Below are positions 8,361 to 17,799 of a stretch of DNA of 46,596 nt, piece after piece. The DNA is taken from assembly GCA_038120765.1 (NCBI GenBank), contig JAYOMI010000020.1, positions 408-47,003 on the forward strand. The letters are read 5' to 3'. Every line of letters begins with the position of its first letter. Position 1 is the first letter of the stretch. The notes beneath the pieces were generated by a model. That model saw nothing but the letters and a program-made list of their open reading frames with translations, ran no database searches and was not told the origin of the DNA. The DNA comes from Rhodospirillaceae bacterium. Lineage in GTDB: Bacteria; Pseudomonadota; Alphaproteobacteria; MPNO01; UBA830. A program made the position numbers and the translations under genes.

Positions 8361-9104
8361 TTACGCCGCGTTTTGCGCCGTGTCGATGGAAAATTCACTG
8401 CCGACATCGATGCCGAGCGCCGATTTGGCTTCGCCCTGATTGACCGCGAACTCGACCAGGCCGGACGAGTTTTCGTACCAGAAAGCGCTGCCTTCGGGCA
8501 GGTCGGAGAACGTCCGGGCACGGGCGAGGCGGTGACCGTTTATGATCATCTCGGACCCGGTCGGCACATTCTTGGCGCGGAGACCGGTCATGGCGTTGCC
8601 GAAATTGTCGAGATAGATGACCTCCTTGAGGTCGTTCGGCCAGTGCGGGCGGCGGGCTTCCTCTTCGGGCCGTGTCTCTGATGGAACTTTTTCGCCCTTG
8701 GCGAGCCTGGCGGCGACCGGCGCGAACAGGTCGCGTCCGTGGAAGCTGGCCGACATGTCCTTCGGTTGCCAGGTAATGCGTTGGAAAGACCGTTCGTTCG
8801 CCCGGCGCATGACGATTTCGAACAGGCCGTTATCGGGCCCGACAAACTGTCTGCCGTCGGCGGTGACGATTGCCGGGGCGCGGCTGCCGCCGACACCGGG
8901 ATCGACGACGCACAGGAAGACGACGTCGGCCGGGAAGACATCGATCAGAGATGCAAGCAGGTAGGAAGACGCACGGGCCTGGAACATTGGCGCATCGTGC
9001 AGCAGATCGATTACCGGAATGCCGGGGGCGTCCCGTTCCAGAACGGCTTTGACCTGGCCGACATAGGGGCCGACCTCGCCAAAATCGGTGAAGAGCACAA
9101 TCAT
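8361..9104 (-). CDS. SAM hydroxide adenosyltransferase / chlorinase-fluorinase family protein (DUF62)
   Basis: MIVLFTDFG...DLLHDAPMF...VVDPGVGGSR...VGPDNGLFE. I place the start at the internal ATG at 9104. The ORF-track extension to 9305 would overlap the GGDEF gene. Confidence 0.85.
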   Translation of the reverse strand: MIVLFTDFGEVGPYVGQVKAVLERDAPGIPVIDLLHDAPMFQARASSYLLASLIDVFPADVVFLCVVDPGVGGSRAPAIVTADGRQFVGPDNGLFEIVMRRANERSFQRITWQPKDMSASFHGRDLFAPVAARLAKGEKVPSETRPEEEARRPHWPNDLKEVIYLDNFGNAMTGLRAKNVPTGSEMIINGHRLARARTFSDLPEGSAFWYENSSGLVEFAVNQGEAKSALGIDVGSEFSIDTAQNAA

Positions 9105-9177
9105 GGGAGGCAGTATGCCGTGCCGAGGCGCCACGCAGCAAGCAAAGTAAACCCGGGGGAAACCGACTGTGGATGGC

Positions 9178-10233
9178 TCAGGTGCCGACAGCGGCGATCT
9201 GATCCTGCCCGTCATCGCAGATGACGCGGTTGCGTCCGAGTTTTTTGGCCGTGTAAAGCGCCTGGTCCGCCCGTTCAATGAATGTGCCGACCTCTTCTCC
9301 GGCATGATAAGAGGTAACCCCGAGCGAGATTGTGACAGCCCCGAAATTACTATCCGACCCTTTCCTGACGAGTTGTTTGGAAGCGATGGATTTCCGGATG
9401 TTTTCGGCCACGGAGGTCGCGCCTCCGCTCGTCGTATCAGGCAGGATGATCGCGAATTCCTCGCCGCCGTAACGTGCGGCCGTGTCTTTTCCCTTCAGGG
9501 AACTGTGAAGCGTTCGTCCGACAAGCCTCAGCACCTGGTCGCCAAGCTGGTGCCCGTGGATGTCGTTAAAATTCTTGAAGTTGTCGATATCTGCAAAAAT
9601 CAACGACAGGGCTTCGCTGTTCGCCTGTGATTCCTCGATGGCGGCATATATTGTCTGATCGAAGCATTTGCGGTTGGCGACGCCGGTCAGACTGTCGGTC
9701 AGTGCATCCCTCCGGGATTCGTCCAACGCTTTACGGAGTTCGGTAATTTCTTCTGTCGATTTGCTGACCCGTTGGTGAAGTTCCCGGGTCCGGGTGTCCA
9801 TTGATTCTGTCTCGGCAATAATGTCGCCCACAAGACCGCGAATCTGATCGAGGCTCTCGGCCGTTTTCAGATCGCCCGAAAAGGTCTTGAGGGCGGCGCC
9901 ATATTCTTCCGTTTCCGACCCCGATGCGGTCAGCGCGTTGACGATCCGCTCCGTGACGGTGTCGATACGATCGGACCATTCCCGGTCGCGCGCAGTATTG
10001 GCGCCCGCGATAATGTAGCGGTCATAAATATCCGTGTAGACCGATGTATCCTGAACGCCGTCCGATACATCCAGCGCATCGATGGTTTTTCTGAGGTCGT
10101 GATTTTTGCCCGCGAAATACTCGTACCAGATCGCAAAATTGATAGGATTCGCGGCAATACCGAGCTCTTTCAGCCGTTTGAAAGCGGCGAGAGCGAATTT
10201 CGAAGCTTTTTCAGGTGTTTCGGGATACTGCAT
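9178..10233 (-). CDS. Diguanylate cyclase (GGDEF domain) with uncharacterised N-terminal helical domain
   Basis: The C-terminal domain carries RYGGEEFAIILPDT (active-site GGEEF). No obvious TM segments. Confidence 0.9.
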   Translation of the reverse strand: MQYPETPEKASKFALAAFKRLKELGIAANPINFAIWYEYFAGKNHDLRKTIDALDVSDGVQDTSVYTDIYDRYIIAGANTARDREWSDRIDTVTERIVNALTASGSETEEYGAALKTFSGDLKTAESLDQIRGLVGDIIAETESMDTRTRELHQRVSKSTEEITELRKALDESRRDALTDSLTGVANRKCFDQTIYAAIEESQANSEALSLIFADIDNFKNFNDIHGHQLGDQVLRLVGRTLHSSLKGKDTAARYGGEEFAIILPDTTSGGATSVAENIRKSIASKQLVRKGSDSNFGAVTISLGVTSYHAGEEVGTFIERADQALYTAKKLGRNRVICDDGQDQIAAVGT

Positions 10234-10373
10234 TCAACTACGCGCCTACCCTTGAACAGCACGTGGCGCCTACCCTCAAGCGCTACGAGAATGTGTCGGA
10301 TTGTATCGGAATGCCCATTCTGCGGGGAGAGTTCTTAAGACTCGGTGAATCACGCGTATTACAAAGGGCGGTA

Positions 10374-10658
10374 TCAGTCGAACGGCTGAATGCGGACGAT
10401 CGCGGCTTTATTGATCAGATGAACGGTCTCGCTGTTGTCGATAAACGGCATGAACGGCAGGCTGTCGTTGAGGAGGTCCTGAATCCTGGCAGTCGCATCG
10501 ACAAAGACATAACCGCTGAGAACCGTGCCATCGGTCAGCGTAAGCTCGGCATATTCGCGAACTTTCGGTATTTTTTGATGTGCATTCAGGGGCGTACGCA
10601 TAGCCGGGATTGTAGTGTTTGCAGGGTTAACGAGGGATAAAGACGTCTGCCGTGTCAT
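10374..10658 (-). CDS. Small hypothetical protein
   Basis: Only the C-terminal ~75-95 aa of the 148-aa ORF avoids overlap with maoC. Candidate starts are ATG 10658 or ATG 10601. I recognised no family. Confidence 0.35.
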   Translation of the reverse strand: MTRQTSLSLVNPANTTIPAMRTPLNAHQKIPKVREYAELTLTDGTVLSGYVFVDATARIQDLLNDSLPFMPFIDNSETVHLINKAAIVRIQPFD

Positions 10659-10711
10659 TGAGAAAAACTTTCGATGGATTCGCTTGCTGTTCATGCGGTC
10701 GGGAGATATCG

Positions 10712-10746
10712 TTGCGGCGCAGCAATAAATATTGCGCCGCAATATT
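10712..10746. repeat. Nested perfect inverted repeats in divergent promoter region
   Basis: TTGCGGCGCA (10712-10721) is the reverse complement of TGCGCCGCAA (10733-10742). AATATTGCG-C-CGCAATATT (10728-10746) is a 19-nt palindrome. Confidence 0.85.
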
Positions 10747-10779
10747 CCGGCACAACGCGTATAACAATGGGAAGATTCT

Positions 10780-11256
10780 ATGGACCAGGAAGTCCGCCCC
10801 TCTGCAGTCATTGCGACCATGGAAGAACTGCACGGCTACTATATCGAAGACCTGAAACCCGGCATGACGGACGTATACGTTCGTACCGTCACGGAAACTG
10901 ACATCGTTCAGTATTCGCAGATTTCCGGTGATGACAATCCTTTGCACGTTAACGAGGAATTCGCGAAACAGACCGTTTTCAAGGGCCGCATCGCCCATGG
11001 CATGCTGACCTGCGGATATATTTCTGCCGTTCTTGGCACAAAGTTGCCGGGCCCGGGCTGCGCCTATCTGAACCAGAACCTGAACTTCCGCGCCCCTGTC
11101 CGGATCGGCGATACGGTACAGACCCGCGTGACGATCAAGGAGATCGACACCGACACGAATATCGTCGTGACCGAAGTGGTTTGCTCGATTGGCGAGAAAG
11201 TCGTCATCGACGGCTCGGCAAAGCTCTGGGTCCCCAACCGTCGCAAGAAGGACTAG
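10780..11256 (+). CDS. MaoC-like (R)-specific enoyl-CoA hydratase (hotdog fold)
   Basis: YSQISGDDNPLHVNEEFAKQTVFKGRIAHGML hydratase motif. Alternative start at ATG 10819 (MEELHGYY). Confidence 0.85.
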   Translation: MDQEVRPSAVIATMEELHGYYIEDLKPGMTDVYVRTVTETDIVQYSQISGDDNPLHVNEEFAKQTVFKGRIAHGMLTCGYISAVLGTKLPGPGCAYLNQNLNFRAPVRIGDTVQTRVTIKEIDTDTNIVVTEVVCSIGEKVVIDGSAKLWVPNRRKKD

Positions 11257-11332
11257 TCATTCCATTTCCCGCCGTTCCCGGTGGGTTATTGGTTTGACTT
11301 GACCCCCCGCGCTAGTTACCAAGACCGCCGCA

Positions 11333-12304
11333 ATGCGCATATTCAGACACGTTGCGGGGCTGCCGGATTTTGTCCGGGATACCTCTGTCGCCATCGGTAA
11401 CTTCGATGGCGTCCATCTCGGTCACCGGGCGGTGATTCACGAGGCCGCAATGCATGCCGAAAAGCTCGGCACGACACTGTCGGTTATCACGTTCGATCCG
11501 CATCCGCGGCGGTTTTTCCGCCCCGAAGAGCCGCCGTTCCAGTTGACGCCCCTGCGCAGCAAGGTTCGCCGGTTCAAGGATATCGGCGTGGATCAGCTTC
11601 TGGTCGTTCATTTCGACGCGGAAACCTCGCAGCTCACCCATCAGCAGTTCGTCGATACGTTCATAACCAGCGGGTTCCATGCAAAACACGTGACGGTCGG
11701 CTACGACTTCGTTTTCGGCGCCGGACGCGGCGGGACCGGCGATTATCTGCGCGAGCGTGCTGCGGCGGATGGCTTCGGCATATCCATCATCGAGCCGGTC
11801 AAGGACCAGAGCGAGACGGTTTATTCATCCACGAATATCCGCAACTGCCTGCGTGAAGGTGACCCTGCCGGAGCCGCCAACCTTTTGGGCCGGCTGTGGG
11901 AAGTCGAGGGACGCGTAATCAAGGGCGACCAGCGCGGCCGGCAGATCGGGTTCCCGACCGCGAATATCGCGCTGGAAGATTATCTCGAACCGGCTCTTGG
12001 TGTATATGCGGTCTGGGTCGGCGTTGAAGAGGGCGGCGTTACCAGTTGGCACGCGGGGTGCGCGAATATCGGCCGGCGGCCGACCTTCGACAAGAACGAG
12101 GTCAATTGCGAGACCTATATTTTCGACTTCACGGATGACATATATGACAAGCTGCTTCGGGTGGCCCTGGTCGAATATATCCGCCCGGAAAAGAAGTTCG
12201 ACGGCATTGCCCAGTTGCGCGAACAGATCGCGCTGGATTCCCACGATGCCCGGGCGCTGCTGGACAGCATCGGCCCGGACGATTTAAGACGGGCGCCCGA
12301 ATAA
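11333..12304 (+). CDS. ribF: Bifunctional riboflavin kinase / FMN adenylyltransferase
   Basis: AIGNFDGVHLGH near the N-terminus and a C-terminal riboflavin kinase domain (GFPTANI). 323 aa. Confidence 0.95.
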   Translation: MRIFRHVAGLPDFVRDTSVAIGNFDGVHLGHRAVIHEAAMHAEKLGTTLSVITFDPHPRRFFRPEEPPFQLTPLRSKVRRFKDIGVDQLLVVHFDAETSQLTHQQFVDTFITSGFHAKHVTVGYDFVFGAGRGGTGDYLRERAAADGFGISIIEPVKDQSETVYSSTNIRNCLREGDPAGAANLLGRLWEVEGRVIKGDQRGRQIGFPTANIALEDYLEPALGVYAVWVGVEEGGVTSWHAGCANIGRRPTFDKNEVNCETYIFDFTDDIYDKLLRVALVEYIRPEKKFDGIAQLREQIALDSHDARALLDSIGPDDLRRAPE

Positions 12305-12330
12305 CGCGTCCTTCAGGATAGTTAAGAATT

Positions 12331-15225
12331 ATGGCGATCGACTATAAATCCACCGTCTTCCTGCCGAAGACCGAGTTCGAGATGCGCGGCAAGCTGCCGG
12401 AGCGCGAACCGGCTATTCTTGCGCGCTGGGAACAGATGAATCTCTACAAGCGTCTGCGCGAACAATCGGCAGGGCGCGAAAAATTTATCCTGCATGACGG
12501 CCCGCCCTATGCGAACGGCAATCTGCATATCGGCCATGCCCTGAACAAAATTCTAAAAGACGTGATCAACCGGTCGCAGCAGATGCTCGGCAAGGACGCC
12601 AATTACGTACCCGGATGGGATTGCCACGGCCTGCCGATCGAATGGAAGGTCGAGGAAAAATACCGCGCGGACGGCCGCGACAAGGACGAGGTGCCGATCG
12701 TCGAATTCCGCCGCGAATGCCGCGAATTCGCGCAACACTGGATCGGCGTGCAACGCGAGGAATTCCAGCGGCTTGGCGTGGTTGGCGATTGGGAAAACCC
12801 GTATACGACGATGAATTTCGCCGCCGAGGCGCAGATCGCCCGCGAATTGATGAAATTCGTCGATAACGGCCTGTTGTATCAGGGATCCAAGCCCGTGATG
12901 TGGTCCGTGGTCGAAAAGACCGCGCTGGCGGAGGCCGAAGTCGAATATCACGATCACGAATCCGATACGATCTGGGCGAAGTTTCCGCTGCGGTCTGCGA
13001 GCACGGACACAATGGAGGCGCTCGCCGGTGCGTCTGTCGTCATCTGGACGACGACGCCCTGGACGATCCCGGGCAACCGGGCGATATCTTATTCGTCGAA
13101 AATTTCCTACGGACTTTATGAAGTCACCGATGCCCCGGAAGAGAACTGGGCTAGGACCGGCGACCGGTTGATCCTTGCAGACGCGCTGGTTGACGACGTT
13201 ATGGGGTCGGCGCGGGCGACAACATGGAACCGGGTGGCGGATGTCACCGCGGAGATGCTGAGCGACGCGGTCTGTGCCCATCCGCTTGCCGCGATGGGTT
13301 ATGACTTCGATGTCCCGTTGCTCGACGGTTCCCATGTCATGGACGATGCCGGCACGGGCTTCGTGCACACGGCGCCGGGTCATGGCCGGGACGATTACGA
13401 CATCTGGATCGCCAGCGGGCAGAGCCTGACCGCGCGCGGTATCGATACGCGTATCCCCTATACGGTCGATGCAGACGGAATCTATACGGACGAAGCGCCC
13501 GGTTTTGGCGGCAAATGCGTCATCACCGAAAAGGGCAAGAAGGGCGATGCCAACCAGGCGGTTATCGATGCGCTTGTCGCGGCCAATGCGCTGATCGCCC
13601 GTGGCCGGGTGAAACATCAGTATCCGCATTCGTGGCGTTCGAAAAAGCCGCTGATTTTCCGCAATACGCCGCAGTGGTTTATCGCGATGGACAAGCCGTT
13701 CACCGGGAAAGGCGAAACGCTGCGCAAGGTCGCGTTGGATGCGATAGACGCGACCGGATTCTACCCGGAGACCGGGCGCACCCGCCTGCATGGCATGATC
13801 GAAGGACGGCCCGACTGGGTCGTGTCCCGTCAGCGTGCCTGGGGCGTCCCCATTACGGTGTTCGTCAACAAGAAAACCGGCGAACTGCTGCGCGATGCTG
13901 CCGTTCAGGAACGTATCGCCACCGCTATCGGCGAAGAGGGCGCGGACGCATGGTTTGCGTCCGACCCGTCGCGTTTCCTCGGCAACGATTACAATTCGGA
14001 TGATTACGATCAGGTGTTCGATATCCTCGATGTCTGGTTCGATTCGGGCTCCACCCACAGTTTCGTGCTTGAAGACCGCGATGACCTGCAATGGCCGGCG
14101 ACGCTGTATCTTGAAGGGTCCGACCAGCATCGCGGCTGGTTCCATTCCAGCCTGCTTGAATCCTGCGGCACCCGGGGCCGGGCGCCTTACGATGCCGTCC
14201 TGACCCATGGATTCGTCCTGGCAGACGACAAGCAGAAGATGTCGAAATCCACCGGCAATGTCGTCGCGCCACAGGAAATCATCAAACAGTACGGCGCCGA
14301 TATTCTGCGTATCTGGGTGGTTGCATCCGATTATTCTGAGGACCTCAAGATCGGTCCGGAGATCATCAAGTACCAGACCGATGCCTATCGCCGTCTGCGC
14401 AACACGCTGCGCTTTGTTCTCGGAAATCTCGACGGGTTCGAGGAAAGCGAGCGTCTTCCGGTGGCCGAGATGCCGGAACTGGAACGCTGGGTTCTCCATC
14501 GGCTGTCGGAGATCGACGAGTTGGTGCGGAGCCGGGCGGCGACGTTCGATTTTCACGACATGTTTACCGCCCTCCATAATTTCTGCGCTGTCGACCTGTC
14601 ATCGTTCTATTTCGATATCCGTAAGGACGCCCTGTATTGCGACCGTCCCGATTCAATTCATCGCCGCGCCGCGCGGACGGTTCTTGACGAACTTTTCAAC
14701 TGCCTGACCGCGTGGCTTGCCCCGGTGATTTGTTTCACCGCCGAGGAGGCCTGGCTGTCGCGTAATCCGGGCGACGGTAACAGTGTCCACCTTCAGACCT
14801 ATCCGGATTTGCCCGCGAACTGGCGCGATGACGCGCTGGCCGAAAAATGGTCGATTGTCCGGCGCGTGCGGCGGGTCGTCACCGGCGCTCTGGAGATAGA
14901 GCGGGCTGAGAAACGTATCGGGTCGAGCCTGCAGGCGGCGCCGAGGGTCTATCTCGACAACGCAATCGCGACCGTGCTGGACGACGTCGATCTCGCAGAG
15001 ATTGCGATTACGTCACGTGTCGTGATCGACACCGGGGATGCGCCTGAAGGCGCATTTTCGATTGATGATGTGCCGGGTGTCGCGATCATGCCCGCTCTGG
15101 CTGATGGCGGTAAATGCGAACGCTGCTGGCAGGTACTGCCCGAGGTCGGGGGCGACGGCGAAAATGCGGATATCTGCAACCGTTGCGCAGATGCCGTTGA
15201 AAACATCTCCGCGGCGGCGGAGTGA
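12331..15225 (+). CDS. ileS: Isoleucine--tRNA ligase
   Basis: 964 aa. HIGH motif ([11 protein letters not shown]), KMSKS motif and a C-terminal Cys cluster (CERCW...CNRC). Confidence 0.97.
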   Translation: MAIDYKSTVFLPKTEFEMRGKLPEREPAILARWEQMNLYKRLREQSAGREKFILHDGPPYANGNLHIGHALNKILKDVINRSQQMLGKDANYVPGWDCHGLPIEWKVEEKYRADGRDKDEVPIVEFRRECREFAQHWIGVQREEFQRLGVVGDWENPYTTMNFAAEAQIARELMKFVDNGLLYQGSKPVMWSVVEKTALAEAEVEYHDHESDTIWAKFPLRSASTDTMEALAGASVVIWTTTPWTIPGNRAISYSSKISYGLYEVTDAPEENWARTGDRLILADALVDDVMGSARATTWNRVADVTAEMLSDAVCAHPLAAMGYDFDVPLLDGSHVMDDAGTGFVHTAPGHGRDDYDIWIASGQSLTARGIDTRIPYTVDADGIYTDEAPGFGGKCVITEKGKKGDANQAVIDALVAANALIARGRVKHQYPHSWRSKKPLIFRNTPQWFIAMDKPFTGKGETLRKVALDAIDATGFYPETGRTRLHGMIEGRPDWVVSRQRAWGVPITVFVNKKTGELLRDAAVQERIATAIGEEGADAWFASDPSRFLGNDYNSDDYDQVFDILDVWFDSGSTHSFVLEDRDDLQWPATLYLEGSDQHRGWFHSSLLESCGTRGRAPYDAVLTHGFVLADDKQKMSKSTGNVVAPQEIIKQYGADILRIWVVASDYSEDLKIGPEIIKYQTDAYRRLRNTLRFVLGNLDGFEESERLPVAEMPELERWVLHRLSEIDELVRSRAATFDFHDMFTALHNFCAVDLSSFYFDIRKDALYCDRPDSIHRRAARTVLDELFNCLTAWLAPVICFTAEEAWLSRNPGDGNSVHLQTYPDLPANWRDDALAEKWSIVRRVRRVVTGALEIERAEKRIGSSLQAAPRVYLDNAIATVLDDVDLAEIAITSRVVIDTGDAPEGAFSIDDVPGVAIMPALADGGKCERCWQVLPEVGGDGENADICNRCADAVENISAAAE

Positions 15226-15235
15226 GCATGCGCCT

Positions 15236-15715
15236 TTGATACGGATCGGATTCCCCGTTGCGGCCGCGATTATTGCCCTGGACCAGGCGGTCAAGTACTG
15301 GATCGTGCACGACATCATGGCGCCGCCCCGCATTATCGAGGTCTCGTCGTTTTTCAATATCGTGATGGTCTGGAACCGCGGTGCGAGCTTTGGCCTGTTC
15401 AGCAGCCAGTCGCCCTGGACGCCCGTATTTTTGTGCACCGTGGCGGTGGTCATCTCCATCGCTCTGTCCGTCTGGATGTACAAGGCGAAATCGCGCTGGC
15501 TGGTGACAGCTCTCGGTATGGTGATCGGCGGCGCGCTGGGCAATGCGATAGACCGCGTCATGTATGGCGCGGTGGCGGATTTTCTCGACTTTCACGCATA
15601 CGGATATCACTGGCCGGCCTTTAACGTGGCCGATATGGCGATTTCCGTCGGAGTCGTCATGCTGCTGTTTGACGGCTTGATTGAGAAGCGTCGCGACAAT
15701 AGGTTAGAGGGGTGA
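15236..15715 (+). CDS. lspA: Lipoprotein signal peptidase II
   Basis: FFNIVMVWNRGASFG and GNAIDR...DF...WPAFNVAD motifs. I place the start at the in-frame TTG at 15236, just after the ileS stop. The ORF-track start at 15038 lies inside ileS. Confidence 0.85.
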   Translation: MIRIGFPVAAAIIALDQAVKYWIVHDIMAPPRIIEVSSFFNIVMVWNRGASFGLFSSQSPWTPVFLCTVAVVISIALSVWMYKAKSRWLVTALGMVIGGALGNAIDRVMYGAVADFLDFHAYGYHWPAFNVADMAISVGVVMLLFDGLIEKRRDNRLEG

Positions 15716-15741
15716 GTCCGGTTCACCATGGAACGAAGCAA

Positions 15742-16314
15742 ATGACACGTTTTTCGGGGATTTTCAGGCCTGTTCTGCTTGCGATACTTGCGGTGTTCAC
15801 CCTGTCCGCCTGCGAAAATGCACGGGAAGCCATCGGCATCGGCAAGCAGTCGCCGGACGAATTTGCTGTCGTTACCCGCGCGCCACTGAGCATGCCTCCG
15901 GATTTCGGCTTGCGCCCGCCGCGGCCCGGTGCGGAACGTCCCCAGGAAAAGGCAATCACGGAATCCGCGCGCGATCTTCTTGTCAAAAGCGAGGGAGCGA
16001 TCGCCTCCGCGCCGCAGGGTCCCGGGACAACAGAAGGCGAGACGGCGCTTTTGGCAAAAGCCGGCGCGATCGATGCAGATCCCTCTATCCGCCAGACCCT
16101 GAACCGGGAATCCTCTATTCTCGCGACGGAAGACGACAGTTTCACTGACAGGCTTATTTTCTGGCAGAAAAAGCCGCCGCCCGGAACGGTGGTCGATGCA
16201 GCGGCCGAGCAACAGCGGCTGCGGGAAAATGCCGGTCTGGGCGACGCGCCGACCAAGGGCCGGACGCCTCAGATTGTCCGCAAGCCCAAGGGCTGGCTGG
16301 AAGGCGTCTTCTAG
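15742..16314 (+). CDS. DUF3035-type lipoprotein
   Basis: Lipobox LSAC, then GKQSPDEFAVVTRAPLSMPPDF, characteristic of the DUF3035 gene that follows lspA in alphaproteobacteria. Alternative start at 15712. Confidence 0.7.
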   Translation: MTRFSGIFRPVLLAILAVFTLSACENAREAIGIGKQSPDEFAVVTRAPLSMPPDFGLRPPRPGAERPQEKAITESARDLLVKSEGAIASAPQGPGTTEGETALLAKAGAIDADPSIRQTLNRESSILATEDDSFTDRLIFWQKKPPPGTVVDAAAEQQRLRENAGLGDAPTKGRTPQIVRKPKGWLEGVF

Positions 16315-16446
16315 CCGACGCAAGTGTGGTTACGACGGGTCTTGTATCCGGCGGACGTGTAGCCAACTGTAAATATGATGATCTATGGACGGGCCCTGTG
16401 AGACAGCTTGCGCCTCGTAACTACCGCTTAATGCCGGGAGCTTGAT

Positions 16447-17799
16447 TTGCCTTACTCTCTGAGAATGTTTTCCGCCGCCTGCGTTTTTGCGGTGTCGGGC
16501 GTGCTGATGTTTGGTGTGTCCGTATCCGCTGCCGTGTTTTCCCCGAAAACGTTCACGCTCGATAACGGGCTTCAGGTGGTCGTGATAGAAAACTCCCGGG
16601 CGCCGATCGTGATGCAGATGCTGTGGTACCGCGTCGGGGCGGCGGATGAGGAGCCCGGCGAATCAGGTCTCGCGCACTTTCTCGAACATTTGCTGTTCAA
16701 GGGTACGAAAACGTTCGCGCCGGGCGAATTTTCACGGACGATTGCGCGGATCGGCGGACGGGATAATGCGTTCACCAGCTACGATTTCACCGCTTATTTT
16801 CAGCGCGTCGCAGCACATGAACTGGAAACCGTCATGCGGCTCGAGGCCGACCGGATGCAGAACCTCGTGCTTACCGATGAGGTTGTCCTGCCCGAGAGGG
16901 ACGTCGTGCTGGAAGAGCGCCGGTCGAGAACGGACAACAGCCCGGCGGCGCAGTTGCGTGAACAGGTGCGCAGGGCACTCTACCTGAACCATCCATACGG
17001 CCGCCCCGTCATCGGCTGGATGAGCGAAATTGAGCAGCTGACCACAGAAAAAGCACTGGCGTTCTATCGCAAGCACTATGCACCGAACAACGCGATGCTG
17101 GTAATCGCGGGGGACACCACGGTGGGCGAAGTCCGCGCGCTGGCCGAAAAATACTATGGTCCGATCCCGCGCAAGACCGTGCCGGAGCGAGTCCGCCCGC
17201 AGGAGCCCCCGCAACGTGCGGCACGACGGGTGATTCTGACCAACCCGCGGGTGAGCTTGCCGTCCTGGTCGAGGACCTACCTGGCTCCGAGTTACGGCGC
17301 CGACGAAAAAGGGACGGGCTATGCGCTGGAGGTCCTGGCGCAGGTTCTCGGCGGCGGGTCTACCAGCCGTCTATACCGCAAACTGGTGGTAGAGCGCGGT
17401 ATCGCATCGAACGCAGGCGCCTGGTACAGCGGTGACGGGCTGGATTACGGCGAGTTTGGCATCTACGCCAGCCCGAAGGCGGGTGGCGATGTCGTTGCAC
17501 TTGAAAAGGCAGTGCTTGAAGAACTTGATGCGGCCGTGAAGGAGGGGTTCAAGCCCGCCGATATCGAACGTGCAAAACGGCTGATGTCGGCCCAGGCAAT
17601 CTATGCGCGGGACGGCATTCGCGCCGGGCCGAACGCTATTGGGCAGGCCTTTACCCAGGGGCAGACCATTGCCGATGTCGAGGAATGGCCGGACCGAATT
17701 TCCGCGGTCACGCCGGAACAGGTAATGGCGGCGGCCAAATCGGTGCTGAAAGTTGAGCGATCCGTCACCAGCACCCTAATGCCGGAGGCCGGACAATGA
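16447..17799 (+). CDS. M16 (pitrilysin) family zinc peptidase, active subunit
   Basis: HxxEH zinc motif in GLAHFLEHLLFKG. Signal peptide present. TTG start with GGGAG 6 nt upstream (alternative ATG at 16465). Confidence 0.9.
   Translation: MPYSLRMFSAACVFAVSGVLMFGVSVSAAVFSPKTFTLDNGLQVVVIENSRAPIVMQMLWYRVGAADEEPGESGLAHFLEHLLFKGTKTFAPGEFSRTIARIGGRDNAFTSYDFTAYFQRVAAHELETVMRLEADRMQNLVLTDEVVLPERDVVLEERRSRTDNSPAAQLREQVRRALYLNHPYGRPVIGWMSEIEQLTTEKALAFYRKHYAPNNAMLVIAGDTTVGEVRALAEKYYGPIPRKTVPERVRPQEPPQRAARRVILTNPRVSLPSWSRTYLAPSYGADEKGTGYALEVLAQVLGGGSTSRLYRKLVVERGIASNAGAWYSGDGLDYGEFGIYASPKAGGDVVALEKAVLEELDAAVKEGFKPADIERAKRLMSAQAIYARDGIRAGPNAIGQAFTQGQTIADVEEWPDRISAVTPEQVMAAAKSVLKVERSVTSTLMPEAGQ

Noticed and set aside
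8361-9305. N-terminal ORF-track extensions. DUF62 to 9305, lspA from 15038, the pseudouridine synthase to 25517, the response regulator to 35075, purD to 45608, the DMT gene from 40922 and the small ORF to 10820.
   Set aside because: The extensions overlap neighbouring well-supported genes or precede canonical family N-termini. Internal starts give normal lengths and, in several cases, SD sequences or ATGA coupling.
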